From Candidatus Eiseniibacteriota bacterium (GTDB taxonomy: Bacteria; Eisenbacteria; RBG-16-71-46): 64,000 nucleotides of DNA. The notes below the pieces were generated by a model. That model ran no database searches, was not told where the DNA came from, and saw nothing but the letters and a program-made list of their open reading frames with translations. Numbering within the stretch: the first letter of the stretch is position 1; each line of letters begins with the position of its first letter. A program made the position numbers and the translations under genes. This document shows, piece by piece, positions 1 to 10,170 of this stretch. The DNA lies in NCBI GenBank assembly GCA_963707915.1, contig OY970178.1, forward strand, positions 1,280,001 to 1,344,000, written 5' to 3'.

Positions 1-912
1 CGTCATGACGACGTTGACGACCCCCACCCCGATGGTGGCCAGGATGGCGGCCGAGGCCGAGTGGAACCCGGCGGCCTGGAAGATGGTCGGAGCATAGTAG
101 ATGACCGTGTTGATTCCCGTCGTCTGCTGGAAGATGGCCAGCCCGATGCCGGCGATCAGCGCCGGTCGCAGGTTCGGGTTCGCCAGCTCGGACCGGCCGC
201 CGGGGCTCTCCGCCAGGCCCCCTTGGATCTCCTGCAGCTCGGCAGCGACCTCGGAGGTGCCGCGGATGCGTTGAAGCATCCGGCGCCCCTGCTCCACCCT
301 TCCGACGCGGATGAGCCAGCGTGGGCTCTCCGGCAACAGCAGCATGCCGACGGCGAAGATCGCCGAGGGGAGCGCGGCCAGGGCGAGCATCCCCCGCCAG
401 GCCCGCGTGCCCGACAGCGCGTAGTCTGCCAGGTAGGCGAGGACGATCCCGGTCGTCAGTGCCACCTGGTTGAAGGAGACGAGCCTGCCTCGGACCTCGA
501 CGGGGGAAACCTCGGAGATGTAGAGGGGGGTGATGAAGGAGGCGAGCCCGATCGCCACGCCCACGATGACCCGCAACGTGACCAGCCAGAAGACGGAGGG
601 AGCCAGGGCCGTGCCGAGTGCGCCCAGGGTGAAGAGGACAGCCGTGAAGACGAGGACCTTGCGACGGCCCAAGCGGTCGGCAAGCGTCCCCCCCGCGACC
701 GCACCGATGACCGCCCCGAGCAGCACGGCGCTGACGACCACCTCCACGGCCGTCGCGGAGAGCATGAAGTCCTGGCGGATGAAGAGGATTGCCCCCGAGA
801 TGACGCCTGTGTCGTATCCGAAGAGCATGCCGCCCAGGGCGGACACGGCGGCCGCCAGGTAGACGAAGCGGCTGCCACGGACGGACGAGTCATTGCGTGG
901 AAGCGGATTCAT
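1..912 (-). CDS. Sugar porter family MFS transporter (GalP/XylE-like); 3' end runs off the window
   Basis: Not in the ORF track because it is open at the edge. Manual translation from ATG 912 gives MNPLPRNDSSVRGSRFVYLAAAVSALGGMLFGYDTGVISGAILFI...GGTLADRLGRRKVL..., with the sugar-porter FGYDTG and DRxGRR motifs. Confidence 0.92.
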   Translation of the reverse strand, partial: MNPLPRNDSSVRGSRFVYLAAAVSALGGMLFGYDTGVISGAILFIRQDFMLSATAVEVVVSAVLLGAVIGAVAGGTLADRLGRRKVLVFTAVLFTLGALGTALAPSVFWLVTLRVIVGVAIGLASFITPLYISEVSPVEVRGRLVSFNQVALTTGIVLAYLADYALSGTRAWRGMLALAALPSAIFAVGMLLLPESPRWLIRVGRVEQGRRMLQRIRGTSEVAAELQEIQGGLAESPGGRSELANPNLRPALIAGIGLAIFQQTTGINTVIYYAPTIFQAAGFHSASAAILATIGVGVVNVVMT

Positions 913-1003
913 GGCTCATCGGCCGCTGAACGAAGCCCGCCGCCATCCAACGGCCCCTCCAGCATGAAGGGCACGCGCGGCATCTCGGCCTCGCCCCGCC
1001 CGG

Positions 1004-1273
1004 TCAAGCTCTCCCCGGGCGACCAGCGAATCGGTTGTACAACCACGCGAGCAGCAGCCCACCGACACCTCCATCCACGAGCCCGTAGGCCGTCCCCACG
1101 AGTACGTCTCCCGGCGTACGCGACACGTGGAACCCGGGATACAAGGAGCTGATCAACTGCAGGAATGCCGTCCCGTAGCTGCCACCCGCCATGTGGATCA
1201 GTCCGACGAGCAGGACTGCCCCACCCCAGAGCAATCCCGTCGCGATGCCCAAAGCCTTGCCCGACAGTCGCAT
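1004..1273 (-). CDS. Small membrane protein of unknown function (2-3 TM)
   Basis: MRLSGKALGIATGLLWGGAVLLVG...LYPG...GLVDGGVGGLLLAWLYNRF, with a GAGGAGG RBS upstream of ATG 1273. Confidence 0.8.
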   Translation of the reverse strand: MRLSGKALGIATGLLWGGAVLLVGLIHMAGGSYGTAFLQLISSLYPGFHVSRTPGDVLVGTAYGLVDGGVGGLLLAWLYNRFAGRPGRA

Positions 1274-1339
1274 GGAGCACCCTCCTCGCGAACGAGTCCT
1301 GGGAGCGGGTTCATTCGGCCGAGCCGTTCGCATGTTCGG

Positions 1340-2188
1340 TCAATTGGCCCCATGCGTGGCCGCTCCGCGGGTCACCTGGAGCCACTCCTCAAGGAAGTCA
1401 ACCACCGATTCGCACGTCGGAAGCCAGGCCGCAGCCAGGGTCGGTCGGTCGACCACGCCCACCCGGACGCCGAAGCCCCACTCCCTGACCGCCGCGAAGG
1501 CGTCTTCGTCGGTCGCATCGTCACCGACGAAGACCTCGAGCGAGTCCGGGGGAGCATGCGAGACCAACGAGAGAACCGCAGTGCCCTTGTTCCGACCATG
1601 AAGCCGCAACTCGACGCCGCCATTGATGCGCTCCAAGGCGACCTTGCCGTTCTCGGCCCCGGAGCGCCACAATTCCCACGCCGTCTCCTCCAGTTCATGG
1701 GCGAGTGCCGCCGAGCTTCCGCGAGTGTGGAGCACCAGGCCCGTACGCTTGCGCTCAAGGTATGCGCCCAGGCCCTTCTTCCGAGCCACTCGCTCTGCTC
1801 CGTCGAGCAGAGCCGCGTGGTCATGGGACAGCGGGTGCTTCACGACGGTGCCGTCTGGCATCCGCAGCTCCCACCCATGCTCGCCGACGGCGGTCACAGG
1901 CAGCGGGCCGAGGAGACGTTCGAGTTCGGCGACTGGCCGACCGGAGACGATGGCTACCGACGTCTCGCATTCGACTGCTATCGCCCTCAAGAGCGCCAGG
2001 GAGCGCGTTTGTGGCAGGGCCGAGTCGCGGACCACGTGGAACGGAGCCAGCGTGCCGTCATAGTCCAGCATCAGGAGCCGATGACGGGCCAGCAGAACCA
2101 GCCGCCAAAGCCGTCGGGGTATCCCCTCGAGTGGGTGCGGCGTCTCCACGTTCCCTTTGATCTCAGGCATCTGTGGTCCCGTGAGCAC
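1340..2188 (-). CDS. otsB: Trehalose-6-phosphate phosphatase (HAD family)
   Basis: LDYDGTLAPF, IVSGR, GEHG, NKG and FVGDDATDEDAF motifs. The true start may be ATG 2170. Confidence 0.93.
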   Translation of the reverse strand: MLTGPQMPEIKGNVETPHPLEGIPRRLWRLVLLARHRLLMLDYDGTLAPFHVVRDSALPQTRSLALLRAIAVECETSVAIVSGRPVAELERLLGPLPVTAVGEHGWELRMPDGTVVKHPLSHDHAALLDGAERVARKKGLGAYLERKRTGLVLHTRGSSAALAHELEETAWELWRSGAENGKVALERINGGVELRLHGRNKGTAVLSLVSHAPPDSLEVFVGDDATDEDAFAAVREWGFGVRVGVVDRPTLAAAWLPTCESVVDFLEEWLQVTRGAATHGAN

Positions 2189-2977
2189 CTAAGGATCTGA
2201 AGCCGGTCTCCTCGCGCCAGCACCATTGTGGGCGGAAGGAAGGCCCCGTGCCGTCCGCCGGGAGGAACTCGCGCTGTCCGCGCCCCTGCCTCGCGGACGC
2301 GCACTCGTCACAGGGCGCCCGGGCTTCGCGCCGCACTCGACCTCGTAGGTCATCACCATGGCCGCGATCGCACGGATGAACGCGTCGGGGACGATCGGTC
2401 GGATTCGGCCGGGTGACAGCGCCGCCGTCACGGACGTCATTCCAGAGACGGCTCCGAAGAGGATGCGAGCGACGTTCTGGCGGTCGCCCAGCCCCGGCAC
2501 CCCCTTGCCGCCCGGGGCCCGAAGCACGTCCGCCAGATCCTTCAGGTAGTCCAAGAGTGCTGCGCGGAGCGGGAGCCACTCAGGGCGATCGAACTTCAAC
2601 ATGCCCCGGATCTGGTGGAACACCCTCATCAGGTCGGGGTTGTCGGCGAAGAAGTCGACATGGGCACGCACGACACGGGCGATCAGGTCCGCATGGGATC
2701 GTGCCCCAGAGGTCGTCGTCTGGACATACTCGAGCAGCCTGTCGAACCCGTCGGCGGCGACCGCGTGAATGAGTTCGTCCTTGTTCGAGAAGTAGCCGTA
2801 GAGCGTGCCCTTGGCGATTCCGGCCTCAGTGGTGAGATCTTCGATGCGGGACTCGTAGAGCCCCTTCTGGCCGAACAGCTTCCGCCCCGCTGCCAGCAAA
2901 TCTCCGCGGGTGATGTGCTTGCGCCGCTCTCGCCGGCCGTGGCGCTGTGGCCTTTCGGGCACCTGGGATTCGGGCAT
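2189..2977 (-). CDS. TetR/AcrR family transcriptional regulator
   Basis: N-terminal HTH: LLAAGRKLFGQKGLYESRIEDLTTEAGIAKGTLYGYFSNKDEL. An AGGAGG RBS precedes ATG 2977. Confidence 0.9.
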   Translation of the reverse strand: MPESQVPERPQRHGRRERRKHITRGDLLAAGRKLFGQKGLYESRIEDLTTEAGIAKGTLYGYFSNKDELIHAVAADGFDRLLEYVQTTTSGARSHADLIARVVRAHVDFFADNPDLMRVFHQIRGMLKFDRPEWLPLRAALLDYLKDLADVLRAPGGKGVPGLGDRQNVARILFGAVSGMTSVTAALSPGRIRPIVPDAFIRAIAAMVMTYEVECGAKPGRPVTSARPRGRGADSASSSRRTARGLPSAHNGAGARRPASDP

Positions 2978-3003
2978 GCCAACCCTCCTACGTTGTTCAA
3001 CCT

Positions 3004-3046
3004 TGACCCGGCGGTCAGTTTTGACTACTCTGCCCCTGGCTGTCAA
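3004..3046. promoter_or_regulatory. Candidate TetR operator TGACC-N4-GGTCA (3004-3017) with a minus-strand TTGACA -35 element (3041-3046)
   Basis: Perfect inverted repeat in the divergent tetR/otsA gap, lying just downstream of a consensus -35 that points toward tetR. The -10 element is weak. Confidence 0.55.
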
Positions 3047-3128
3047 CTCCAAGGGTGGATCCCGCTCCTGTCGCCCGATCACATGGTGACACCAGTGGCA
3101 GGATGGAGTTCCACCGCCGGGAGGCTGA

Positions 3129-4739
3129 ATGGACATCGGAGCCCGCACCCGATCCGCGCTGAGCCGAGCGGCCATCCGCAGCCAGCAGCGCACTGAAGGC
3201 CCCCCGCGCACGACCCGCAGCGAGTTGGTCGAGTGGGCCCGGGCTCATCTCCCCGACCGCAAGCTTATCGTGGTCTCGAACCGGGAACCCTACTCCCACG
3301 TCCACCGGGGCGACCACATCCAGGCGATCCGAAATGCTGGCGGTCTCACGGTGGCACTCGACGCCGTGATGCAGGCGCTCGGCGGGGTGTGGGTTGCGCA
3401 CGGGAGCGGCGATGCCGACCGTGAGGTCGTCGACGCCCGTGACCGTGTGGCCTGTCCCCCGGACCGTCCGCGCTACACGCTGCGGCGACTGTGGCTCACC
3501 CACGAGGACCATGCTCGCTACTACTCCGGCTTCGCCAACAGCGCCCTGTGGCCCCTGTGCCATGTGGTGTACGTGCGTCCGCGCTTTCACCTGGCGGATT
3601 GGGAGTCCTACCGCGAGGTCAACCGGCGGTTCGCCGAGGCCGTGCTCGAGGAAGTGGAGGATCGTCCCGCGCTCGTGTTCATCCAGGACTACCACCTGGC
3701 GCTGGCCGCCCGCTTCATCAAGGAACACCGTCCGGACCTCCAGGTGGCCATGTTCTGGCACATCCCGTGGCCCAACCCCGAAGTGTTCCGCGTGCTGCCG
3801 TGGAAGCAGGAGATCCTCGAGGGCATGCTGGCGAACGACGTCGTGGGATTCCACATTCGCCGGCATGCGATGAACTTCCTGGATACGGTGGCGGAGACCC
3901 TCGAGGCCCGGGTGGACCTGGAGCGATTCGCCGTCGACCGTGCCAGCAAGCGCACCTGGGTTCATCCGTTCGCGATCAGCGTGGACGCCGAGGAGATCGC
4001 CGCGCTCGCTGAGGCCCCCGAGACCCGGCGGGCCGAGAGCGAAATCCGTGAGCGTCTGGGCCTGGAGGGATGCAAGGTCGGACTGGGCGTGGACCGCCTC
4101 GACTACACCAAGGGCATTCCCGAACGGTTCGAAGCTCTCGAACGGATGTTCGAGAAGCACCCCGAGTGGCAGGGCCGCTTCGCCTTCATCCAGATCGGCG
4201 TGCCCTCCCGCATCGAGTTGCGGGAGTACCGTAACGTGCAGGTCCGGGCGCGGCGCTGGGCCGAGGACCTGAACCGCCGCTACCCCCGGGCGGCGGGGCC
4301 TACCGTGCATCTGATCGAGGCCAATCTCGACTTCCGGGAGTTGGTCCCCTACTACCGGATGGCGGACCTGTGCACCGTCACGTCGCTCCACGACGGTATG
4401 AATCTCGTCGCCAAGGAGTACCTCGCCGCCTCGCCGGACCTGGAAGGCACGTTGGTCCTGTCCCCCTTCACGGGGGCGGCCCGCGAGTTGGAGCGCGCGT
4501 GGATCGCATCGCCCTACGACCGTGAAGGCCTGGCCGACGCGTATCACGACGCTCTGTCCGCCGATCCCGACGCGCGCCGCGAGCGCATGGCGGCGCTGCG
4601 CGAGACCGTCCTGCGGCGCAACATCTTTGACTGGATGCTCGACGTGCTCGACACGATCGTCGGCGTGAACCTCAGAACCCCCACCCAGGAGCCGTCGGTG
4701 GCGAGTCCAACCACCGAGGGCGGAGTGCCGTCCGGCTGA
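3129..4739 (+). CDS. otsA: Trehalose-6-phosphate synthase (GT20)
   Basis: VVSNREP, GGL, LWPLCH, IQDYHL, FWHIPWP, GVDRLDYTKG and DGMNLVAKEY motifs. Confidence 0.95.
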   Translation: MDIGARTRSALSRAAIRSQQRTEGPPRTTRSELVEWARAHLPDRKLIVVSNREPYSHVHRGDHIQAIRNAGGLTVALDAVMQALGGVWVAHGSGDADREVVDARDRVACPPDRPRYTLRRLWLTHEDHARYYSGFANSALWPLCHVVYVRPRFHLADWESYREVNRRFAEAVLEEVEDRPALVFIQDYHLALAARFIKEHRPDLQVAMFWHIPWPNPEVFRVLPWKQEILEGMLANDVVGFHIRRHAMNFLDTVAETLEARVDLERFAVDRASKRTWVHPFAISVDAEEIAALAEAPETRRAESEIRERLGLEGCKVGLGVDRLDYTKGIPERFEALERMFEKHPEWQGRFAFIQIGVPSRIELREYRNVQVRARRWAEDLNRRYPRAAGPTVHLIEANLDFRELVPYYRMADLCTVTSLHDGMNLVAKEYLAASPDLEGTLVLSPFTGAARELERAWIASPYDREGLADAYHDALSADPDARRERMAALRETVLRRNIFDWMLDVLDTIVGVNLRTPTQEPSVASPTTEGGVPSG

Positions 4740-4766
4740 CGCTGGACGAGTCCAGGAGGTGATCTC

Positions 4767-5471
4767 ATGTGGACCCTGGTCATCCTTCAAGTGGAGCCAT
4801 GGTCGGATGTCCTTGGCCGGTTGGGCGAGATGGGTCGAGGCGCTGAGCGAGGGGCGCTCGGTCTCCTGATCGCAGTCGTAGTGATGTTCGTGGGCTGGGG
4901 CGTTGCAACCCTCGTCTCCCGTCTCGTCCGAGGCTTGTTGCGCGCCCTCAAGTTCGACGAAGGCGTCCGGGGCTTGATCGGCGAGCGCGCGGCGGCCCGG
5001 CACGAGCCGGCCGACGTGGCCGCCTGGGCGATCTACTGGCTCGTGATCGGCTTCACGGCCCTGCTCGCCCTCGAGATGCTCGGATTCAACCTCGCCGCCT
5101 CGGTCGGTGACCGCCTCAACGAGGTCGTCCCCCGAATCGTGACTTCGGCCGTGCTGTTCGCGGTCGGCTCCCTGATCGCCATGCTGCTAGGGAGTGTCAC
5201 ACGGCGCTTCCTCGAGACCGCCGGGATCCGCGCCGCCAGGCTCCAGGGCCAGGTCGTCGCCGTCGTGTTGACGGGCTTCGCCGCCCTGCTGGCGCTCGAG
5301 CAGCTTGGCTTCGCAGCGCAGTTCGTCATGGCCCTGGGCATCGTCGCCGTGGCCGCCGCAGGCCTGGGCCTCGCCCTGGCGTTCGGGCTCGGGTGCCGCG
5401 AGCTGGCCCGGGACTTCGTGGTCGAGTACCTGCGATCTCTCGACGAGGAGCCGCCGAAGAGGCCCGACTGA
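4767..5471 (+). CDS. TM-helix repeat membrane protein (MscS N-terminal/CmpX-like)
   Basis: About five hydrophobic helices and a C-terminal GLALAFGLGCRELARDFV motif typical of this family. No MscS cytoplasmic cage is present. Confidence 0.7.
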   Translation: MWTLVILQVEPWSDVLGRLGEMGRGAERGALGLLIAVVVMFVGWGVATLVSRLVRGLLRALKFDEGVRGLIGERAAARHEPADVAAWAIYWLVIGFTALLALEMLGFNLAASVGDRLNEVVPRIVTSAVLFAVGSLIAMLLGSVTRRFLETAGIRAARLQGQVVAVVLTGFAALLALEQLGFAAQFVMALGIVAVAAAGLGLALAFGLGCRELARDFVVEYLRSLDEEPPKRPD

Positions 5472-6226
5472 TGGTGGATCCGGCTGCATTCGAGTTCAGG
5501 GCGGTCGCGCACCTGATCCAGCCGTGGGGAACCCCAGCCCGCGACCTGGACCAACTGCGGGACGGCATCGCGTCGGCACCGATCGAGGTCCTCTTCCACC
5601 ACACGGTCCAGTACCAGTTGCGCCACCCGGGAGCCGAGGAGCTGCCGCCGGACGATTTCAGCGCCTGGATCGGCGGCGTCGTGCAGGATGCCGAAACGGC
5701 CGAGCGACTGTCGTTCGCCGTACAGAGCGGGAACACGTCAGCGGCGTCCGTCAGGACTGTAATTCTCGAGGTCCTCGAGGCGCTGCCTGCGAGGCGCCGC
5801 CGAGACCGGGATGCGCCCGAAGAGAGTGCGTTCCTCTTCCTGTCCACGACGTCGGTCGAATTCTCGACGGGAGCCTTCGCCCATGACGGCCAAGAGCTCA
5901 TGGAAGCGTTGCTCGGGGCGGATGCCGGGGTGTGGTTCTACCATCTTGTCCAGGAGCCGTGGTTCCAGGAGGGGCGCGCGTCCCTCCTGAACTGGTTGCT
6001 GACCACTCGAGATCACCGCCTAGCGAGGTGGCTGGAGGACGCGGCGGGCTCGGGTCTGCCCATCGAGAAGGCGCGGGCACAAGTCCACCGGCGCTGGCGG
6101 CAGAGCCGCATCGCGAGACACGTCACGGAAGCGGCGGCTTCGCCGGAGGACGCGCGCCGGGAGGCCGGACGCCAAGCCGTGGCGCGCCTCGTGCGCCGCG
6201 TCACGCGCCTGGAAGAATCGTCATGA
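5471..6226 (+). CDS. DUF5752-like protein (TreT-associated)
   Basis: FEFRAV...ARDLDQLRDGI...VLFHHT...DDFSAWI pattern, repeated in the second half (WFYHL). Translationally coupled to both neighbours. Confidence 0.72.
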   Translation: MVDPAAFEFRAVAHLIQPWGTPARDLDQLRDGIASAPIEVLFHHTVQYQLRHPGAEELPPDDFSAWIGGVVQDAETAERLSFAVQSGNTSAASVRTVILEVLEALPARRRRDRDAPEESAFLFLSTTSVEFSTGAFAHDGQELMEALLGADAGVWFYHLVQEPWFQEGRASLLNWLLTTRDHRLARWLEDAAGSGLPIEKARAQVHRRWRQSRIARHVTEAAASPEDARREAGRQAVARLVRRVTRLEESS

Positions 6227-7476
6227 GCCTGGTCGAGATCCGCACCGATGGGACCTCCCTGGTGGACGGCTATCGAGCGGTGGTCGGCGACGGACCGATG
6301 CGTGCTCTGGAGGCTTTGGCTCGGCGCCTTCAAAAGCACAGGATCGCGATGGTCAACGCCACGGCCTCCGGCGGCGGCGTGGCCGAGATCCTGCACCGGC
6401 TCGTGCCCCTGCTGAACGAACTGGGAGTTCCCACGACGTGGGAGGTGATGCCCGGCGACGCTCGTTTCTACGAAATCACCAAGACCATTCACAACGCGCT
6501 CCACGGCGGGCCAGGCACGCTTACGCAGGAGGACCGCGACTACTTCCTCGAGATGAACCGACGGGCGGCCGCAGAGCTGGCCCTGGACGCCGACCTCGTG
6601 CTCGTACACGACCCCCAGCCGGCCGCGGTCGCCGAGCTGCGGCGCCGTACCGGCCAGCACTGGGTGTGGCGCTGTCACATCGATCTCTCCCGGGCCGACC
6701 GGGACGTTCTCGACTTCGTAGTCACCCGGGTCGGTCACTACGACGCGGCCGTCTTCTCCCATGTCACCTTCGTCCCCCTGCTGCCCACAGCGGGCTACAT
6801 CGCGCCGCCCTCCATCGACCCGCTCTCGGACAAGAACTGCGAACTCACCGAGCGCGAGGTGGATGTCCTCCTCGAGCCGTTCGATCTGCCGCGGGACACG
6901 CCGCTCGTGACGCAGGTCTCGCGCTTCGACCGGCTCAAGGATCCGCTGGGGGTCATCGAGGCGTTCCTGCTGGCACGCCGCCGGGAGAAGGCGCACCTGG
7001 TTCTTGCTGGCGGCACCGCGGACGACGACCCCGAGGGCGCCGCAGTGCTGGCGGAGGTGCAGGAGAAGGCGGCCGGACGCAAGGATGTTTCAATCCTGGC
7101 GCTGCCCCCGGATTCGCATCGAGTCATCAACGCCCTGCAGCGACGTTCGGCCGTGGTCGTCCAAAAGTCCCTGCGGGAGGGATTCGCCCTGACAGTGTCG
7201 GAGGCGCTGTGGAAACGCCGCGGTGTGGTGGCGAGCGCCGTAGGCGGGATTCCCCTGCAGGTGATTCACGAGCGGACGGGCATGCTCGTCCGCTCGGTCG
7301 AGGGGTGCGCTCTCCAGATCACGCGGTTGCTGAGAGACTCGTCATTGCGTCGCAGGCTGGGCCGGGAAGGCCGGGAGCATGTCCGGGATAACTTTCTCCA
7401 CCCACGCGAAGTACGCGACTACCTTGCCCTCTTCGCGCATCTGCTGGAACGCGGCACCGAGGCCCATGACCGATAG
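6223..7476 (+). CDS. treT: Trehalose glycosyltransferring synthase-like GT4 glycosyltransferase
   Basis: [53 protein letters not shown] and [13 protein letters not shown] motifs. Confidence 0.88.
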   Translation: MSLVEIRTDGTSLVDGYRAVVGDGPMRALEALARRLQKHRIAMVNATASGGGVAEILHRLVPLLNELGVPTTWEVMPGDARFYEITKTIHNALHGGPGTLTQEDRDYFLEMNRRAAAELALDADLVLVHDPQPAAVAELRRRTGQHWVWRCHIDLSRADRDVLDFVVTRVGHYDAAVFSHVTFVPLLPTAGYIAPPSIDPLSDKNCELTEREVDVLLEPFDLPRDTPLVTQVSRFDRLKDPLGVIEAFLLARRREKAHLVLAGGTADDDPEGAAVLAEVQEKAAGRKDVSILALPPDSHRVINALQRRSAVVVQKSLREGFALTVSEALWKRRGVVASAVGGIPLQVIHERTGMLVRSVEGCALQITRLLRDSSLRRRLGREGREHVRDNFLHPREVRDYLALFAHLLERGTEAHDR

Positions 7477-7538
7477 CACGTGGCCGCTTGCGAAGCCGGG
7501 GCGAACCCCGGCAGGATCTCATGGTCAGGAGGAGACGT

Positions 7539-8066
7539 ATGCGACACCCAAGTTCGCGTCTTGTCTCGATTCTGCTCATTGCCATGCTCGCCCTCGTGGG
7601 CGCAGGCTGCGCCAAGAAGGCCAAGGAGGCACCGCCGACGCCGCCTCCGCCACCGCCGATCACGAAGCCTGCGGAACCGGCGCCGACTCCTCCGCCACCA
7701 CCGCCGCCTCCGGCTCCGACACCCAAGATCACTGCGAGCAACTTCTCGGATGCCTTCTATGACTTCGACTCCTATGCGCTCCGCGCCGATGCCCAGGCTG
7801 CGCTGGACAAGGATGCCAAGGTGCTGCGGGACAACCCGGACGTGAGCATCACGATCGAGGGTCATTGCGACGAGCGGGGAACGGTTGAGTACAACCTCGC
7901 GCTCGGGGAGAAGCGTGCGAACGCGGCCCGCGACTACCTGGTGAATGCCGGCGTGCCGACCGCGCGCATCCAGACCGTGTCCTACGGCAAGGAGCGCCCT
8001 TTCGCCGAGGGGCACGACGAGGCGGCATGGGCGCAGAATCGGAGGGCGCACGTTGTGCTCCGGTGA
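7539..8066 (+). CDS. pal: Peptidoglycan-associated lipoprotein with a Pro-rich linker
   Basis: Lipobox VGAGC, then YDFDS...[22 protein letters not shown]...SYGKERP...NRRA. Confidence 0.93.
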   Translation: MRHPSSRLVSILLIAMLALVGAGCAKKAKEAPPTPPPPPPITKPAEPAPTPPPPPPPPAPTPKITASNFSDAFYDFDSYALRADAQAALDKDAKVLRDNPDVSITIEGHCDERGTVEYNLALGEKRANAARDYLVNAGVPTARIQTVSYGKERPFAEGHDEAAWAQNRRAHVVLR

Positions 8067-8172
8067 GGATCTCGGGCTGCGCTGAACGACGGCCCTCGTT
8101 CATTCTCTGCGCGCGTCGGGGCGGGTCATACCCGGGCCCGCCCCGTGTGCTCCGTACGGGAGATCGCACCGG

Positions 8173-10005
8173 ATGCCGTTCCAACACATCGCAAGACACG
8201 CTGAAAGGTGGGGGCTGGATGCGGTCGGGCGCGCGCTTGCCCTCAGCTCACTCGTCGGTGTGGTGGCGGGAACGGGCGCAATCGTCTTCCAAGTCCTCTG
8301 CCAGGGCGCCCAGCACCTTCTGTTGGATCGGCTTGCCGGGGCCCGACTCGAAGGCCCGGCAGGGGAGCTGGCGCTCTTCGCCTCGACGACGACGCCCTTC
8401 CGTCCATGGATGCTCCCCGTCGTAACCGCCCTGGGCGGGCTCCTGACCGGGATCATCGTCCAGCGGTTCGCCCCCGAGGCGGCGGGCCACGGGACCGACG
8501 AGGCCGTGGACGCCTTCCACCGCCGCGGTGGCGTCATCCGCGGGCGCGTGCCGATCATCAAGACCATCGCCTCGGCGATCACCCTGGGTTCGGGGGGTTC
8601 GGGGGGGCGAGAAGGACCGATCGCGCAGATCGGCGCCGGCTTCGGGTCGTTCCTCGCGACGAAGCTGAGGCTCAGCGAGCGGGATCGGCGCATCCTGCTC
8701 GCGGCCGGCGTAGGCGCGGGCGTCGGGAGCATCTTCCGTGCACCCCTGGCGGGCGCGCTGTTCGCGGCGGAGGTCCTCTACTCCGATCCCGAATTCGAGC
8801 CGGACGTCATCATCCCGGCCGCCATCTCGACGATCATCGCCTACTGCGTGTTCTCCCTGAAGTTCGGCTTCGCCCCGCTCTTCGCGACCCCGCACTTCGC
8901 GTTCCATTCGGCGGCTGAACTGATCCCCTACACCGGCCTCGCGGTCGTGGTGGCCCTCGGCGCGATCGCGTTCGTGAAGGTCTTCTATGGCATGCACGCC
9001 GTCTTCAATCGTCTCGGCATCCCGAAGTTCCTGAAGCCTATGGTGGGAGGCCTGCTGACCGGTGGGCTGGCCCTGGTGGCCTACTACACGCTGCGGGATT
9101 CCCGCACGCTGGACGTCCTCGCCTTCGGGTACGGCTCCATCCAGCATGCGTTGCGGGGCGAGCTCCCCATCGTCCTGCTGCTGGTACTGGCGGGCGGGAA
9201 GATCCTCACCACGTCGTTCTCGATCGGCTCGGGGGGCTCGGGCGGCGTCTTCGGACCCTCCATGGTGATCGGCGGGGCGCTCGGGGGCGCGGTCGGGCTC
9301 GTCGCGCAGCAGTGGATGCCCGAAGTCGTCACGCAGCCCGGCGCGTTCGTGGCGGTCGGGATGGCGGGGTTCTTCTCAGCCGCTGCCAACACGCCCATCT
9401 CGACGCTCGTCATGGTCTCGGAGATGACGGGGAACTACCAACTGCTCCTGCCCGCGCTCTGGGTCTGCTCCCTCTCCTACCTGCTGGCACGGCGCTGGAC
9501 CCTCTACCGCAGCCAGGTTCGTTCCCGGCTCGATTCGCCGGCGCACCGCGGGGCGATCCTCGGTGGGATCCTGCAGGCCCTGCGCGTGCGGGACGTCCTG
9601 GGCGACCGGCCACTCCATACCGTGCAGGAGACGGCTTCGATGCGCGAAGTGATCCAGGCCTGCATGCGGTCCTCACAGCACAGCTATCCGGTCGTCGATG
9701 AGAGGGGACAGATGACCGGACTCATCACGCTGGCCCAGGTCCGGCAGTTCCTCGACGAGCACGACGAGACCGTTCCGGTCATTGCCCAGGACCTTGCTTC
9801 ACGGCCGCGGGCGAACCTGTCGCCCGACGACGATCTCGACACCGCCCTCCAGCGGCTGATGTCCTTGGACGCGGAGGACCTCCCGGTGGTCGAGGCCGGG
9901 AACCCGCCGCGGGTACTGGGGCTCCTCTCCCGCCGGGACATCATGGTGGCCTACGCCGGACGGCGGCTCGAGGGCGGACAACTGACGCGTCCGCCCTCAG
10001 GCTAG
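8173..10005 (+). CDS. ClC chloride channel/H+ antiporter with a C-terminal CBS pair
   Basis: GHGTDE, GSGGREGP and GGVFGP ClC motifs, followed by two CBS domains. Confidence 0.93.
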   Translation: MPFQHIARHAERWGLDAVGRALALSSLVGVVAGTGAIVFQVLCQGAQHLLLDRLAGARLEGPAGELALFASTTTPFRPWMLPVVTALGGLLTGIIVQRFAPEAAGHGTDEAVDAFHRRGGVIRGRVPIIKTIASAITLGSGGSGGREGPIAQIGAGFGSFLATKLRLSERDRRILLAAGVGAGVGSIFRAPLAGALFAAEVLYSDPEFEPDVIIPAAISTIIAYCVFSLKFGFAPLFATPHFAFHSAAELIPYTGLAVVVALGAIAFVKVFYGMHAVFNRLGIPKFLKPMVGGLLTGGLALVAYYTLRDSRTLDVLAFGYGSIQHALRGELPIVLLLVLAGGKILTTSFSIGSGGSGGVFGPSMVIGGALGGAVGLVAQQWMPEVVTQPGAFVAVGMAGFFSAAANTPISTLVMVSEMTGNYQLLLPALWVCSLSYLLARRWTLYRSQVRSRLDSPAHRGAILGGILQALRVRDVLGDRPLHTVQETASMREVIQACMRSSQHSYPVVDERGQMTGLITLAQVRQFLDEHDETVPVIAQDLASRPRANLSPDDDLDTALQRLMSLDAEDLPVVEAGNPPRVLGLLSRRDIMVAYAGRRLEGGQLTRPPSG

Positions 10006-10170
10006 TCGCGGCAATCTCGGGGCTTCCGGCACCCCGCCGAGGCACCCGATAAGCAGGGGGCCTACATCTGCTGGCGCCCGTGGCGTCAGGCTTCCAGAGC
10101 ACCTGCCTACTCGGCAGTTATCTCTCCGTCCATCTGGCTCGCCCCCCCGTGTACCTGAATTGGGCCTGCT

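Noticed and set aside
909..1280. Alternative 123-aa ORF overlapping the sugar porter start by ATGA
   Set aside because: The overlapping frame 1004..1273 has a good RBS and a coherent membrane-protein sequence, whereas this one does not.
7630..7725. CCG-rich low-complexity tract
   Set aside because: It encodes the ordinary poly-proline linker of Pal.
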